Source: an uncultured delta proteobacterium (lineage in GTDB: Bacteria > Desulfobacterota > Syntrophobacteria > Syntrophobacterales > Syntrophobacteraceae). Taken from it: 64,000 nucleotides of DNA. The notes under the pieces are model-generated. The model saw nothing but the letters and a program-made list of their open reading frames with translations. It had not been told where the DNA came from and did no database searches. The stretch is taken from assembly GCA_963808625.1 (NCBI GenBank), contig CAWEHK010000029.1:128001-192000 (forward strand), read 5' to 3'. Positions 1 to 10,855 of this stretch are shown here, piece by piece. The position numbers and the translations under genes were made by a program. Numbering within the stretch: the stretch's first letter is position 1; each line of letters begins with the position of its first letter.

Positions 1-605
1 TGGGCCTGGATTTCGATACCTTTGCCAATGGTCTGAGAGCAGCGCTTCGGCAGGCGCCGAAGGTCATCCTGGTGGGGGAAATGCGTGACCGGGAGACCGT
101 AGAGATTGGGTTGAGCGCTGCGGAAACCGGCCATCTCGTGCTTACCACTCTGCATACGGTCGATGCCGGCCAGTCCGTCAACCGGGTTGTCGGTATGTTC
201 GAGTTGGAGGAAGAACGCCTGGTCCGCATCAGGCTGGCGGACTCCTTGCGCTGGGTGGTCTGTCAGCGCCTTCTACCGAAAGTTGGCGGTGGTCGCGTAG
301 CGGCTTTTGAGATTATGGGAACCAGCCTCCGCGTCAAGGAAGTCATTCTCAACGGTGAATCTGAAGGCAAGACTTTTTACGATATTCAGGAAAAGGCCAA
401 GCCTTTCGGGTGGACCACGTTTGATAGTTATGTCCTTGAGCTTTACCAAACCGGACTTATTTCTGAAGACACGGCGCTTGCCTACGCTTCCAGGAGGCCG
501 GTGGTAGGACGTGGGATCGACCAAATCAGGGCTATCAAAGGGGATGTGACCACCGATATTGAAGAACTGGGAGTCGACCCGAAATATAGCGCGCCAGTTG
601 GATGA
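1..605 (+). CDS. PilT/PilU-family type IV pilus retraction ATPase, 5'-truncated by window edge
   Basis: Reads ...LRAALRQAPKVILVGEMRDRETVEIGLSAAETGHLVLTTLHT, matching the Walker B and His-box motifs of PilT/PilU. Confidence 0.9.
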   Translation, partial: GLDFDTFANGLRAALRQAPKVILVGEMRDRETVEIGLSAAETGHLVLTTLHTVDAGQSVNRVVGMFELEEERLVRIRLADSLRWVVCQRLLPKVGGGRVAAFEIMGTSLRVKEVILNGESEGKTFYDIQEKAKPFGWTTFDSYVLELYQTGLISEDTALAYASRRPVVGRGIDQIRAIKGDVTTDIEELGVDPKYSAPVG

Positions 606-706
606 CGGTCAGCCGAAAGAATTTGTCCACTGGCTGACTCTGGAGATTGACGACGATTATTCTCCCGACCAAGAAATAATACCATCGCACCGAGGTGACA
701 TCAGTG

Positions 707-1372
707 ATGAAATGGGGTGCAGTCGATTGGACCCTTTACCTGGTTACCGATTCGCGGTTGGTCGGTCACCGTCCACTGTCCGAGGTCGTAGCCGCGGCCA
801 TTCGCGGCGGGGCCGGCGTGGTTCAATACCGGGAAAAGAGCCTCAACACCCGCCTGATGGTGGAATCAGCAGCCATCCTGCAACGGGTTTGCCGACAGTT
901 GGGGGCGGTCTTTTTCGTCAACGACCGACTCGATGTCGCCCTCGCCGTGGATGCTGACGGCGTCCATCTGGGCCAGAATGACATGCCCGTGCGGTTGGCA
1001 AGAAGATTGCTCGGCAGGGAAAAACTCCTGGGGGTCTCCATCCAGGATACCAGGACCATGGATGATGCAGTAAACGAGGGTGCTGATTACCTCTCCCTGT
1101 CTCCCGTTTTTGCCACTCCCACGAAGCCCGACCACGAAGAACCCCTCGGCCTGGAACGGGTGAGGGCGCTCGCGGGACGGTCGCCGCTGCCGGTAGTGGC
1201 CATTGGTGGTATCAATCGCACCAATGTTGCCGCGGTCATGCGCGCGGGGGTGCATGGGGTCTGCGTCATTTCGGCGGTCCTGGGGGCGCCCGACCCCGAA
1301 CAGGCGGCACGGGAGCTGAAGCGGTTGGCGCGGGCGGCGCGGGCAGAAGGGGAGCATGCCGGATGCAGATAA
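707..1372 (+). CDS. thiE: Thiamine-phosphate synthase
   Basis: LYLVTD, VQYREK, NDRLDVALAVDADGVHLGQND, TPTK and PVVAIGGI motifs; GAGGTG RBS before ATG 707. Confidence 0.95.
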   Translation: MKWGAVDWTLYLVTDSRLVGHRPLSEVVAAAIRGGAGVVQYREKSLNTRLMVESAAILQRVCRQLGAVFFVNDRLDVALAVDADGVHLGQNDMPVRLARRLLGREKLLGVSIQDTRTMDDAVNEGADYLSLSPVFATPTKPDHEEPLGLERVRALAGRSPLPVVAIGGINRTNVAAVMRAGVHGVCVISAVLGAPDPEQAARELKRLARAARAEGEHAGCR

Positions 1373-2391
1373 GTCAGCTCGGAGAATTCGGCCTTATCCA
1401 GCGCATCAAGAACGCCTTGCCTCATCCGCCTGCGGAAGTGATTGTGGGGATCGGGGATGATGTGGCGGTGCTGAAGACTTCCGCTGCGGAATACCTTTTG
1501 GCCACCTGCGATGCGCAGGTCGAAAATGTGCATTTTTCTCGCATCGTCATTTCTCCTTATCAACTGGGTCGAAGGATTGCCGCGATCAACGTGAGTGACA
1601 TCGCAGCCATGGCGGGGACCCCTCTGTGGGCTTTGGTGTCGCTGGCGCTGCCTGAGGACCTTGATCCGGGCTTTGTCGACGCGCTTTACGCAGGGATGCA
1701 TGAACAGCTCAGCCTTGCCGGCGCCGTCATTGTCGGAGGAAACCTCAGCCGGATTGAGCGGAACATTGTGGTCGACCTTTGCCTGCTGGGGAAGGTTGCG
1801 CCCGACCACCTGTTGCTGCGCAGCGGAGCTTGCAAAGGAGACCTGATTCTGGTAACCGGCTGGCTGGGTGATTCCAGGGCCGGTCTGGAGCTGATCCGAC
1901 GGCCGGAATTGAACGTCGCGGAAGATACCCGAAAACAACTTGAACAAAGGCATCTGACCCCTCAGCCGCGCCTTCGGGAGGGGCAGGAGTTGGGCAAATC
2001 CGCCCTGGCGCACGCGCTGGTGGATGTCAGCGACGGGCTGCTCAGCGATATCGGGCACATCTGCCGGGCAAGCCGGGTCGGGGCCGAGATCCGACTGGGG
2101 AAGCTGCCGATCAGTGCCGCCGCCAGGGAAGCGGCGCAGGCTGCCGGGCAGGATGTTTCCAGGTGGGCCCTGTCCGGTGGCGAGGACTACGAACTCCTTT
2201 TTACGGCATCACCCGAGTCTGCCGATAAAATCCGGAACATCCTGAAAGAGCGGACAGGGACCGAGTGTCATGTTGTTGGCAGGGTTGTGGACGAAGCCGA
2301 AGGCATCCAACTCTGCCTTGAAGATGGAAGGAAAACGGCGTTGCCTCAAGGACCCGCGGGGTGGGACCATTTCGCCGCTGCGAGCCGCTGA
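1363..2391 (+). CDS. thiL: Thiamine-monophosphate kinase
   Basis: GEFGLI, GIGDD, NVSDIAAM, DVSDGL and GGEDYELLF motifs; overlaps the end of thiE. Confidence 0.95.
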   Translation: MQISQLGEFGLIQRIKNALPHPPAEVIVGIGDDVAVLKTSAAEYLLATCDAQVENVHFSRIVISPYQLGRRIAAINVSDIAAMAGTPLWALVSLALPEDLDPGFVDALYAGMHEQLSLAGAVIVGGNLSRIERNIVVDLCLLGKVAPDHLLLRSGACKGDLILVTGWLGDSRAGLELIRRPELNVAEDTRKQLEQRHLTPQPRLREGQELGKSALAHALVDVSDGLLSDIGHICRASRVGAEIRLGKLPISAAAREAAQAAGQDVSRWALSGGEDYELLFTASPESADKIRNILKERTGTECHVVGRVVDEAEGIQLCLEDGRKTALPQGPAGWDHFAAASR

Positions 2392-2455
2392 AGGCGATTG
2401 CCAATGCCCAATAACTATGCTCTTGAAGGTTTAAATATTTCATTTTTGCGCAGCG

Positions 2456-2518
2456 CCGCAGAGAACGCAGAGACTCCTGCCAGATGCCTTTCTCCGCAAT
2501 CTCCGCGCCTCTTTGCGG
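2456..2518. repeat. Degenerate inverted pair of 9-bp-unit (CGCAGAGAx) repeats
   Basis: ccgcagagaacgcagaga followed by ttctccgcaatctccgcgcctctttgcgg. Confidence 0.5.
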
Positions 2519-2572
2519 ATTTTAGAAGTTAAAGTTCTCATGCTGGTTTCCATCCGGAAATTTACCTGTTGC

Positions 2573-2650
2573 GTAGGGGCGGGCTTTACGCCCGCCCGAA
2601 ATGATCAATAAATCCGGTGCATTTCGGGAGGGGATAAACCCCTCCCCTAC
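2573..2650. repeat. GTAG-type REP-like doublet
   Basis: gtaggggcgggctttacgcccgccc ... gggaggggataaacccctcccctac: two hairpins bounded by GTAG/CTAC. Confidence 0.7.
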
Positions 2651-2702
2651 AGTCCGAACTCAAACATGTGCAGTTTCCGGATGAACACAAGCTAAGCAAG
2701 GA

Positions 2703-2749
2703 TAAACCAAGAGCCAAGAGCCAATAGCTAAGAGCTAACAGCCAATACC
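2703..2749. repeat. Heptamer tandem array, family F1 (AAGAGCC/AAGAGCT/AACAGCC)
   Basis: aagagcc aagagcc aatagct aagagct aacagcc just upstream of thiD. Confidence 0.85.
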
Positions 2750-2770
2750 ATGAGGAGTGACGGAGGCAAA

Positions 2771-3592
2771 ATGCTGAAAATTCCACGGGCGTTGACCATT
2801 GCCGGATCGGATTCGGGTGGGGGAGCGGGCATCCAGGCGGACCTCAAGACCTTTGCTGCCCTCGGTGTTTATGGAATGAGCGCCGTTGCGGCTTTGACCG
2901 CACAGAACACGGTTGGCGTCCGGGGGATTGTGGAAGTTGCTCCGGAGTTTGTTTCCTTGCAGGTCCGAGCGGTTGTCGAAGATATTGGTGTTGATGCGGT
3001 CAAGACGGGCATGCTCGCCAATGCCGCCATTATCTCGCAGGTTGCAAAGGACTTGAAAGAGCTGGGTCTCGAAAGGATTGTCGTCGACCCCGTAATGGTC
3101 GCCAAAGGAGGAGACAGGTTACTGCGCGCGGATGCCGTCGAAGCCATGGCAAAAGAATTGTTGCCGCTGGCCCTGGTGGTTACGCCCAATCTCCATGAGG
3201 CTGCGGCGTTGATCGGTCGGGAGGTGAACGACCTGGAAGCGATGAAAGAGGCGGCCCGCGCGATCAAAGCTTTCGGCCCTCGATATGTCGTGATCAAAGG
3301 AGGGCACCTTCCGGGAACGCCACTCGACCTTCTTTTTGATGGCATCAGGTTCCGCGAATATACCAATCTGCGCTACGACACACCCCATACCCACGGGACG
3401 GGATGTACCTTTGCCTCAGCCATTGCCGCAGGGCTGGCGCGCGGCCTCGGCGTTGAAGATGCGGTGGCGCACGCCAAGATGTATATAACCGCTGCCATCC
3501 GGCACGGAATTGCGATAGGAAAAGGGCACGGTCCGGTACACCATTTCCATGGCCTGTATCGGCTGGCCGGGTGGGAACTGAAAAGCACCTGA
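2771..3592 (+). CDS. thiD: Hydroxymethylpyrimidine/phosphomethylpyrimidine kinase
   Basis: [29 protein letters not shown] and HTHGTGC motifs. Confidence 0.96.
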   Translation: MLKIPRALTIAGSDSGGGAGIQADLKTFAALGVYGMSAVAALTAQNTVGVRGIVEVAPEFVSLQVRAVVEDIGVDAVKTGMLANAAIISQVAKDLKELGLERIVVDPVMVAKGGDRLLRADAVEAMAKELLPLALVVTPNLHEAAALIGREVNDLEAMKEAARAIKAFGPRYVVIKGGHLPGTPLDLLFDGIRFREYTNLRYDTPHTHGTGCTFASAIAAGLARGLGVEDAVAHAKMYITAAIRHGIAIGKGHGPVHHFHGLYRLAGWELKST

Positions 3593-3631
3593 AAAAAGAC
3601 GCACCAACAGCCCAGCGCCATGCGGGAAGCG

Positions 3632-4288
3632 CTACTTGGTGATCAGCCCCTTTTCCATGGCGAAAGCCGTCAAGGCGGAAACGCTGTGCAGATCCAGTTT
3701 CTTCATGAGGTTGGCCCGGTGCTTTTCGACCGTTTTCACGCTGATGCACAAATAGTCGGCAATGTCTTTGTTCTTGTGCCCCTCTGCAACCATCTTAAGA
3801 ACTTCCTGTTCGCGCTGCGTGAGGGTATCCCAGGGAGAGTGTGTCTTTAATGTCTTCCTTCCCTCCAGGTATCCTTCGATGACCTTCTCCGAAATTCCCG
3901 GACTGAGATAACACTTCCCGGACAGTACACAGTCGATGGCAAGCATGAGTTCGCTGTGGGTGGCATCTTTCAACACATATCCATCCGCACCGGCTTTGAG
4001 AGCGGCGAGGATGTATTCTTCGGTGCGGTGCACGGTGAGCACCAGGATCTTGGCTTCGGGGCAATGTCTCTTTATTTCCTTGATCGCGTCCATGCCGCTC
4101 ATCTTGGGCATGGAAAGATCCATCAAAATCAGATGCGGCTTCAGGGATTCAGCGTGGTGTATGGCCTCCAGGCCGTCCTGAGCTTCTCCGGCAACTTCCA
4201 GAGAGGGATTGGAAGCAAGCAGCATCCTTAATCCCTCCCTCAAGATCGTGTGATCCTCGGCGATCAGAACCCGTTTCTTCTCTCTCAT
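3632..4288 (-). CDS. NarL/LuxR-family DNA-binding response regulator
   Basis: REC domain (EDH...MDLSMP...GYVLK) plus LuxR HTH (LTQREQEVL...ISVKTVEKHRANLMKKL). Confidence 0.93.
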   Translation of the reverse strand: MREKKRVLIAEDHTILREGLRMLLASNPSLEVAGEAQDGLEAIHHAESLKPHLILMDLSMPKMSGMDAIKEIKRHCPEAKILVLTVHRTEEYILAALKAGADGYVLKDATHSELMLAIDCVLSGKCYLSPGISEKVIEGYLEGRKTLKTHSPWDTLTQREQEVLKMVAEGHKNKDIADYLCISVKTVEKHRANLMKKLDLHSVSALTAFAMEKGLITK

Positions 4289-4796
4289 AGACTTCCTCAG
4301 ACCCCTGCGATGAAATCCTGTGATCCATTCGGACTGTCATGAAATGACATCCGGCGACTCCCCTTTTAAGATCGCGCGGCAAATGTAGCATATTAGGAAT
4401 CATTTTAGAAACCCAAGACCGCGGTCGTCAACAGCCCGGCATTTGATCACAATTTATCTTATAATAATTGATATATCATATGGTTATACATTACTATACG
4501 AACTGCCATGTTTCGCTGCGCGATATTTTTTGATAATCTTTCCTTGACCGTCGATAAGACGCGCGCGAGTCTTTGTTAAAATTGGAAACCGTTACCGCAA
4601 TGGGAAGCCTGTGAAGGGATGAGGAAGGGATCTTGTCAGACACGGTTTAGGATCTGCAGTAGTTTGGGGCTGAATTCATCCGCACCGGGCAATCTGCCGA
4701 GGGTGTTTGGGGCAGGCGGGCCCATGGGATGGGACGCAATTTCGGCAGCGGGTTGCAGACCATCCTGCGAACAGACTGCAATGCTGAGAGGACCAC

Positions 4797-6356
4797 ATGG
4801 ATCGCGCTGAACTGATCACTCGATTAGAGGCTGAACGGGAAAACTGGGACATCATTATTATCGGCGGCGGCGCCACTGGCATGGGTGCTGCGGTCGATGC
4901 GGCGTCGCGGGGCTATAAGACCCTGCTGCTCGAGCAGCATGATTTTGCCAAAGGCACTTCGAGCCGCAGCACCAAGCTGGTTCACGGCGGGGTGCGGTAC
5001 CTCCGGCAGGGCAATATCTCCCTGGTCCTCGAAGCGCTTCACGAACGAGGCCTGCTGATGCAAAACGCACCGCATCTGGTGATGAACCAGACTTTCCTGG
5101 TGCCGAATTATGAGTGGTGGGACGGGCCGTTCTATGGGGCGGGGTTGAAGGTATATGATCTGCTCGCGGGGAAGTTCGGGCTTGGTCCCTCGGCAAGACT
5201 TTCCAGAGAAGAAACCTTGAAGCGTATCCCTACGCTTAAGGAGGAAGGACTGCGCGGCGGCGTGGTCTATCATGACGGTCAATTTGACGACTCCCGACTC
5301 GCCATCAGTCTGGCTCAGACGGCTGTCGACTTCGGTGCCCTCGTGATCAACTACATGAGGGTTACGGGCCTGATGAAAACGGGGCCCATGATCAACGGCG
5401 TATGCGCAATGGATATGGAAACCGGGAAAGCGTACGAAATCCATGGCAGAGCAGTGATCAATGCGACCGGTGTATTCACCGACAGCGTGCTCCGGATGGA
5501 CGATCCCGACGCCGAGAGAATCATCGCTCCAAGCCAGGGAATACACCTCGTCCTGGACAAGGAATTTCTCCCGGGAGTCACCGCGGTCATGGTCCCCCAG
5601 ACGGTGGACGGCCGGGTCTTATTCGCGGTCCCCTGGCATGGCAAAGTCATCGTTGGCACCACGGACACTCTCGTTCCCGAACCTTCCCTGGAACCGCTTG
5701 CCAAGGAAGAGGAAATCGCGTTTATCTTGAGTCACGCCGCCAAATATTTGACCAAGGTGCCGCAGCGGGAGGATGTGCGAAGTGTCTTTGCCGGCTTGCG
5801 GCCGTTGGTAAATCCCGGCTACAACCAGCCGACGGCATTGATTGCCAGAGATCATGTTCTCCTGGTGTCAAAATCGGGTCTGGTAACCATCACCGGCGGC
5901 AAATGGACCACGTACCGCAAGATGGGTGAAGAAGCGGTCGACCACGCCTTGTTGGTGGGAGGACTCGAAGATCGCCCCTGCCTGACGAAAAATCTGCGCA
6001 TTCACGGTGCCCTCGAGAATATCGACCAAACCGACCCCCTCCATGTCTACGGCTCCGATGCACGCCTCATTCACGGGTTCATCGAAAAGGACCCCGGTCT
6101 CGGGCAAAAACTGCACGAAGCGCTGCCCTACCTGCGAGCTGAGGTCGTTTGGGCCGTTCGGGAGGAGATGGCTCGAACGGTGGAGGATGTGCTGGCTCGC
6201 AGGACCCGCGCCCTGCTGCTGGACGCCAGGGCGAGCATCGAAGCCGCCCCGGCGGTGGCCGGGATCATGGCTGCCGAGCTCGGCTATCCGGAACCATGGC
6301 AAAAGGAGCAAGTGGCCGCATACACCAGCCTTGCCATCGCCTACACGCTGGCCTAG
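4797..6356 (+). CDS. glpD: FAD-dependent glycerol-3-phosphate dehydrogenase
   Basis: IIGGGATG, GTSSRSTKLVHGGVRYL, GLRPL, GGKWTTYR and DVLARRTR motifs. Confidence 0.92.
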   Translation: MDRAELITRLEAERENWDIIIIGGGATGMGAAVDAASRGYKTLLLEQHDFAKGTSSRSTKLVHGGVRYLRQGNISLVLEALHERGLLMQNAPHLVMNQTFLVPNYEWWDGPFYGAGLKVYDLLAGKFGLGPSARLSREETLKRIPTLKEEGLRGGVVYHDGQFDDSRLAISLAQTAVDFGALVINYMRVTGLMKTGPMINGVCAMDMETGKAYEIHGRAVINATGVFTDSVLRMDDPDAERIIAPSQGIHLVLDKEFLPGVTAVMVPQTVDGRVLFAVPWHGKVIVGTTDTLVPEPSLEPLAKEEEIAFILSHAAKYLTKVPQREDVRSVFAGLRPLVNPGYNQPTALIARDHVLLVSKSGLVTITGGKWTTYRKMGEEAVDHALLVGGLEDRPCLTKNLRIHGALENIDQTDPLHVYGSDARLIHGFIEKDPGLGQKLHEALPYLRAEVVWAVREEMARTVEDVLARRTRALLLDARASIEAAPAVAGIMAAELGYPEPWQKEQVAAYTSLAIAYTLA

Positions 6357-6448
6357 CAGGGCGGGCGGCAGCATAGGCATCAAGCCAAGGCGGTTTTCCG
6401 GTCCTTACCCCTTTCTCAGAAGACTGAAGGCATAAGGACTAACCTGAA

Positions 6449-6700
6449 GAATATCGAATATCGAACAAGGAACCGCAGAATATCGAAGGGAAATAGGGAC
6501 TTGATCTTGACAAGGGGTTGATTGGTTTTGTCGTTCAAGTTGTTCGAATGGCAGAAGCTTGGCTCGTTCCCAGGCTCCAGCTTGGGAACGCAAGCAGCCC
6601 AACGAAGCCTGAGCTCGAAGGCCGACGGGTTCCCAAGCCGGAGCTTGGGAACCAGCTCTTACTTCATCATTCGAAATTCCTTGTTCGATATTCGATGTTC
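6449..6700. repeat. Inverted heptamer arms (family F7, AATATCG) enclosing a REP-like doublet at about 6563-6655
   Basis: gaatatcgaatatcgaacaaggaa (6449) is complementary to ttccttgttcgatattcgatgttc (ending 6700); inner cgttcccaggctccagcttgggaacg and gttcccaagccggagcttgggaac hairpins. Confidence 0.8.
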
Positions 6701-6759
6701 GTTTTCTCCATGCAATTTACAGCACCTTGAGTGAAGGCTTTGAAGTCGGAAAAAGAGAT

Positions 6760-7582
6760 TTGAAAGAGCTCGAAGAGATCTTCCGCTCCAAGGTCCTGGC
6801 CATGCTTAAAGGCTGAGGGTAGAATAACCGACGGGTTTATCGAAAAACTCATGGCCTGGCGCCACAGCGGTTTCAGCGTCCATGCCGGAAATCAGATAGC
6901 CAGAGACGACCGGGACGGTCAGAAAGCCCTGGCGGAATACATCCGGCGAAACGCCTTTTCCGAACAGAAGGCTTGTCCCGGACTCCGATCCGGGATTACC
7001 TATATCGAGGATACCGGCAAGGTCGTTTACCGGTCAGCGATAACCCATGGGAGCAACAAGAAAAACTTCCAAATCTTTCACACCGAGGAATTCATCGCCG
7101 CAATCACTCAGCATATTCCCGACAAACATTCCCGAATCGGGGTCCGGGACAAGCTTCAGATGGTAAGGTACTACCGCCGTTGGCACTCAAGTAGAAGCAG
7201 GGGAGAAAGAATCAAGGCCGGGCTCTTCAGGCCCGGTGATGAGCCGGCGTCTTCGGTGGTGAGTCCCGAGGTGACGGTGTTGGATGTTTCCGAGCACCGG
7301 TCGCGGCGAGTGCCGTCTAAAACCTGGCGAGAGCTCATCAAAAAGATCTGGGAAGTTGACCCTCTCAGTTGTCCTCGATGCGGCCATGAGATGAAAGTCG
7401 TCAACTTTATTCATGAACCCGACGTCATAGAACGCATCCTCCGCCACCTGGGGCCTATGGAAGCAGCACCCGGGTCCTCACTGGGGTACAAATCGAAAGC
7501 GCCAGGAGATGGGCCGGTTGTCCTCGATGATTTTGACGACGGCTGGCCCGGATATGAGGAGCCCGGCTTCGTCTACCACTAA
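6760..7582 (+). mobile_element. IS91-family (Y2/HUH) transposase remnant, N-terminally truncated
   Basis: W-x-HSGFSVH, YIRRNAFS, QHIPDK...QMVRYY and C-terminal WxxLIxKIWEVDPLxCPxCGxEM; upstream frame is interrupted by a stop. Confidence 0.8.
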
Positions 7583-7859
7583 ACTCCGTCGCTGGAGGGA
7601 TCCCCCACCGGCTAGCACAGGACAGTTTGCCCTCAAACCGGGGCAAATACCCTCTTGCAAGCCCTCCACAAACAAAGAAATACGTGCCCCGAGGTTCAAT
7701 GTGCGTCGCCCTGCTTATCATTCCGACCACCACGGTGTCACACCGTGGTGGTTCTTGTCATCACACTCACGAAGAAATCGGTACAAAAATGGCCTTGACA
7801 TTATCGACAACACCTGCTACCGAGCAAACCTCGAAAAAGCAATTTCCTATCAGCTCGAG

Positions 7860-8240
7860 CTTGCCGGCGATGCTGCCGAAGGAAGCATCATGCCTTGTAC
7901 GAAACTTATGGTGGTGGATCAACTCCTGGGCAGCGACCCGCAGAACACGGTCATTAAAGACTTTTTGACTCTTTACAAAGACGTGTATCATTATGATCAA
8001 CGATATCCGATCAACACCCACTCGGGGTATGCCCGGGATGCGATCTACCTTCTGGCAAATGCCATGCGCCAGGTCGGTATGGAACCGGAAGCCCTCCGGA
8101 ATGCTATCGAGCAAACCAAGGGCTATGTAGGCGTCAGCGGCATCCATAATCTAACCTCCAAGGATCACAATGGACTGGGGACGGATTCCCTCGTCATGGT
8201 CAAAGTTGAAAATGGCAAGTGGGTGCTGCTGAAACCTTAA
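7860..8240 (+). pseudogene. C-terminal fragment of a branched-chain amino acid ABC substrate-binding protein
   Basis: GYARDAIYLLANA...LRNAIEQTKGYVGVSGIHNLTSKDHNGL...VKVENGKW; no N-terminal part or signal peptide. Confidence 0.7.
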
Positions 8241-8241
8241 G

Positions 8242-9291
8242 ATGAAAGCTTTGGATTCGCAGAACATCAGGAAAATATTCGTTCGCTCGACGAATTGGAT
8301 TGGCGATGCGGTCATGACCACTCCTGCCATGGGCAGAGTGACGACGGCATTTCCTCATGCCGAAATTGTTGTCGTCGCTAACCCGACGGTGGCCGAGCTG
8401 TTGCGCTATCATCCCGATTGCAATCGCTTTCTGGTGTACGACAAAAAGGGAGCGCACCATGGACTCTGAGGTCTCCTCCGCTTCTGTGGAGAAATCCGAA
8501 AAGAACGGTTCGACTTGGCCATCCTTTTTCAGAACGCCATCGCGGCAGCGATCATGACCACCCTTGCAGGGATTTCGCGGCGCGCCGGCTACACCACCGA
8601 TTGCAGGGGTTTTCTTCTGACACACAAGGTGCGAGGCTGGCGAGAGGCGCGCCGGTTCCATCATACGGATTACTATCTCAACATGCTGGACGGTCTGGGG
8701 CTGCAAGGCGGAAACGGATGCCTCCGGTTGCGCTGCACCGAAGAAGAACTGGCCTGGGCCAGGGAGCGGCTTGCCGACTGGAAGTGGGTGACGATTAATC
8801 CTGGAGCACCCGATGGGTCTGCCAAGCGTTGGTTCCCCGAGCGCTTTGCCGTGGTAGCGGATAGCATTGCGGACGAGTTTTCCTTGCGTATCCTCATCAT
8901 CGGGGGACCGGACGAAGGCTTGATTGCCGAGGAGGTTGCAGCGAACATGCGGCAGCGGCCTCTTAACCTTGCGGGAAGAACATCCGCCCGGCAGCTCATG
9001 GCCCTGCTCTCGCAATGCCGCCTTCGGGTGACCAACGATTCAGGGCCGATGCACGTGGCGGCGGCCTTTGGGGTGCCGATCGTCGCCATCTTCGGGTCCA
9101 CGGATCACACCACGACCTCGCCGCTGGCGCCATCATGCCGTATTGTCCGGAAACCAACCGACTGTGCACCATGCCTGAAAACCGAATGCCCCACAGACCA
9201 TCGCTGCATGACCGCCGTTACGGTGGCCGATGTCCTGAGGGCCGCATGGTGTTTGCTTAAGGAAGAAAAACGAGATGACGAGTTGAAATGA
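8242..9291 (+). pseudogene. waaF: LPS heptosyltransferase II (GT9) with in-frame TGA at 8467-8469
   Basis: VRSTNWIGDAVMTTP, INPGA..GSAKRW, TNDSGPMHVAAA and CAPCLKTECP motifs; the two ORF halves share one frame. Confidence 0.8.
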
Positions 9292-9348
9292 GTGGTGATC
9301 ACTCAAGAAAGCTACCTCAGTACAGTCCCGTTTAGGAGTTGAGGAAAA

Positions 9349-10307
9349 GTGAACTGGTTTTCCATAGAACAGCTAAAGCGTAATCCATATCCTAAGCAGA
9401 TTATTATAGATATTCATTCTTATTGTAATGCCAAATGTATAATTTGTCCTTATAATTATCTAAAAACTAAGAATCCCATGGGGATCATGGATGAAAATCT
9501 GTTTATAAAGATTATTGATGATTTTAGTAAAATATCAAGAGCCAATCATTTTAGAGGACATGTCCTTTTCTGTAATATGGGAGAATTATTTGTTCATCCT
9601 AATATAGCTTTAGATAGGATGAAATATGTTATAAACTCAGGCCTTGATTTTGATATTCAAACTAATGCGGCTCTGCTATTTCCAAATGTAATTGAACAGT
9701 TGAAGGATTCGGGATTTAATAGGTCTATTCTAATTAGTTTTCATGGGATTTCACCAAATGTGTATAGCCAAATAATGGGATTAGAAGTATCTAAGACTCT
9801 TAACAATATAGACTATCTATCTCATCATTATCCAAAAGACAAGATTCTAATTCAAAGCATACCATTTCATTGGCCAAAAGGAGAAGCGAAACACATACGG
9901 TCTTATTTTCATAACAAAGGAATAAAGGTTAGGATGCCATTTACCTAACAATAGAGCTGGCCTATTGAATAATATTGTTTCTAATAAGTCACACACATTA
10001 ATTGGTTGTATTCCAAACCGACCATTGGGCGAAAATGGTTATATGTTTTAATGGAGATGTTATTCTTTGCTGTAATGATATGGCACAGCAAGAAATACTC
10101 GGCAATTTAAAACATAATACAATAGAAGATATTTGGAATGGAAATATTTTACTCAAGAAGATAAACCAGATATATTGTGGAGAACCTTCTCCCGAGAACT
10201 TTATCTGTAAACAATGCGAGTTTGCAAGAACTTCCACTTCTTTATTGAATCGATTAGTTAGAAATGTGAAGTATGAAGTCAAGAAGTATTTTTTGACATT
10301 CATGTAG
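9349..10307 (+). pseudogene. Radical SAM protein with C-terminal SPASM/twitch region, two frameshifts (about 9940 and 10013)
   Basis: CNAKCIIC (CxxxCxxC); removing single extra T and A residues in homopolymers restores MPLPNNRAG...GCIP..P.GEMVICFNGDVILCCND...CKQC; strongly AT-rich. Confidence 0.8.
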
Positions 10308-10362
10308 CAGCAGTATTGCGGGAAGGAAAGGCGGATACCGGTGAAATACGCTTCTCCATTGT

Positions 10363-10647
10363 GTGTTGAATTGGGCGTGCCACGCACGCTCTTTCCTGAT
10401 TCTGGGATTCCTCATCTACTATCCGCTTGCCGTGGTCGATGAGGAGCAGAGGCTTGCTGCCAAATACGGACAGGAATTCACCGAATATGTTCGTCGCACG
10501 CTACGATTCATTCCGAACTTCTCCCTCTTCTACGAGAGTGAAACGTACATGGTGGACACCAGGACCTATCATTATGCCTTCTTTGACGCGGTGTGGTTTG
10601 TGTGGGTCTATGCTTTAATCCGAAGTTTTATCAATATGAATGCGTAA
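10363..10647 (+). pseudogene. C-terminal fragment of an isoprenylcysteine carboxyl methyltransferase-family membrane protein
   Basis: EEQRLAAKYGQEFTEYVRRTLRFIP resembles the ICMT/PEMT-family C-terminal motif. Confidence 0.6.
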
Positions 10648-10696
10648 TATAGCGATATGGCTTCCAAATCGAATGTATCGCCAGGGGTGTTCCTGT

Positions 10697-10855
10697 CTAC
10701 GCTACGAGTTTGACCCCGAGCAAATGAAAAGCGCGCTGCTGCACGGCGGTGGGGCGTGCGAGCTTTTTAAAGGTCACGGGGTCCTTGCCGATCCGTTCGA
10801 CCTCCACGGTATTCCTGGTGATGGTAGCCAAATCGGCGAGCAAGGTGCGGAAGCT
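10697..10855 (-). mobile_element. IS1634-family transposase C-terminal remnant
   Basis: My translation, SFRTLLADLATITRNTVEV...ARPTAVQQRAFHLLGVKLVA*, resembles IS1634 C-termini; absent from the ORF track. Confidence 0.7.

Noticed and set aside
606..2770. TPP riboswitch before thiE or thiD
   Set aside because: No GCTGAGA / TGATC..G.TAA..C..CG.AGGGA-type signature seen; the thiL-thiD gap is filled by repeats.
8467..8469. In-frame TGA in waaF as selenocysteine
   Set aside because: Non-catalytic position, no convincing SECIS hairpin, other degenerate motifs in the gene, and it lies in a decaying island.
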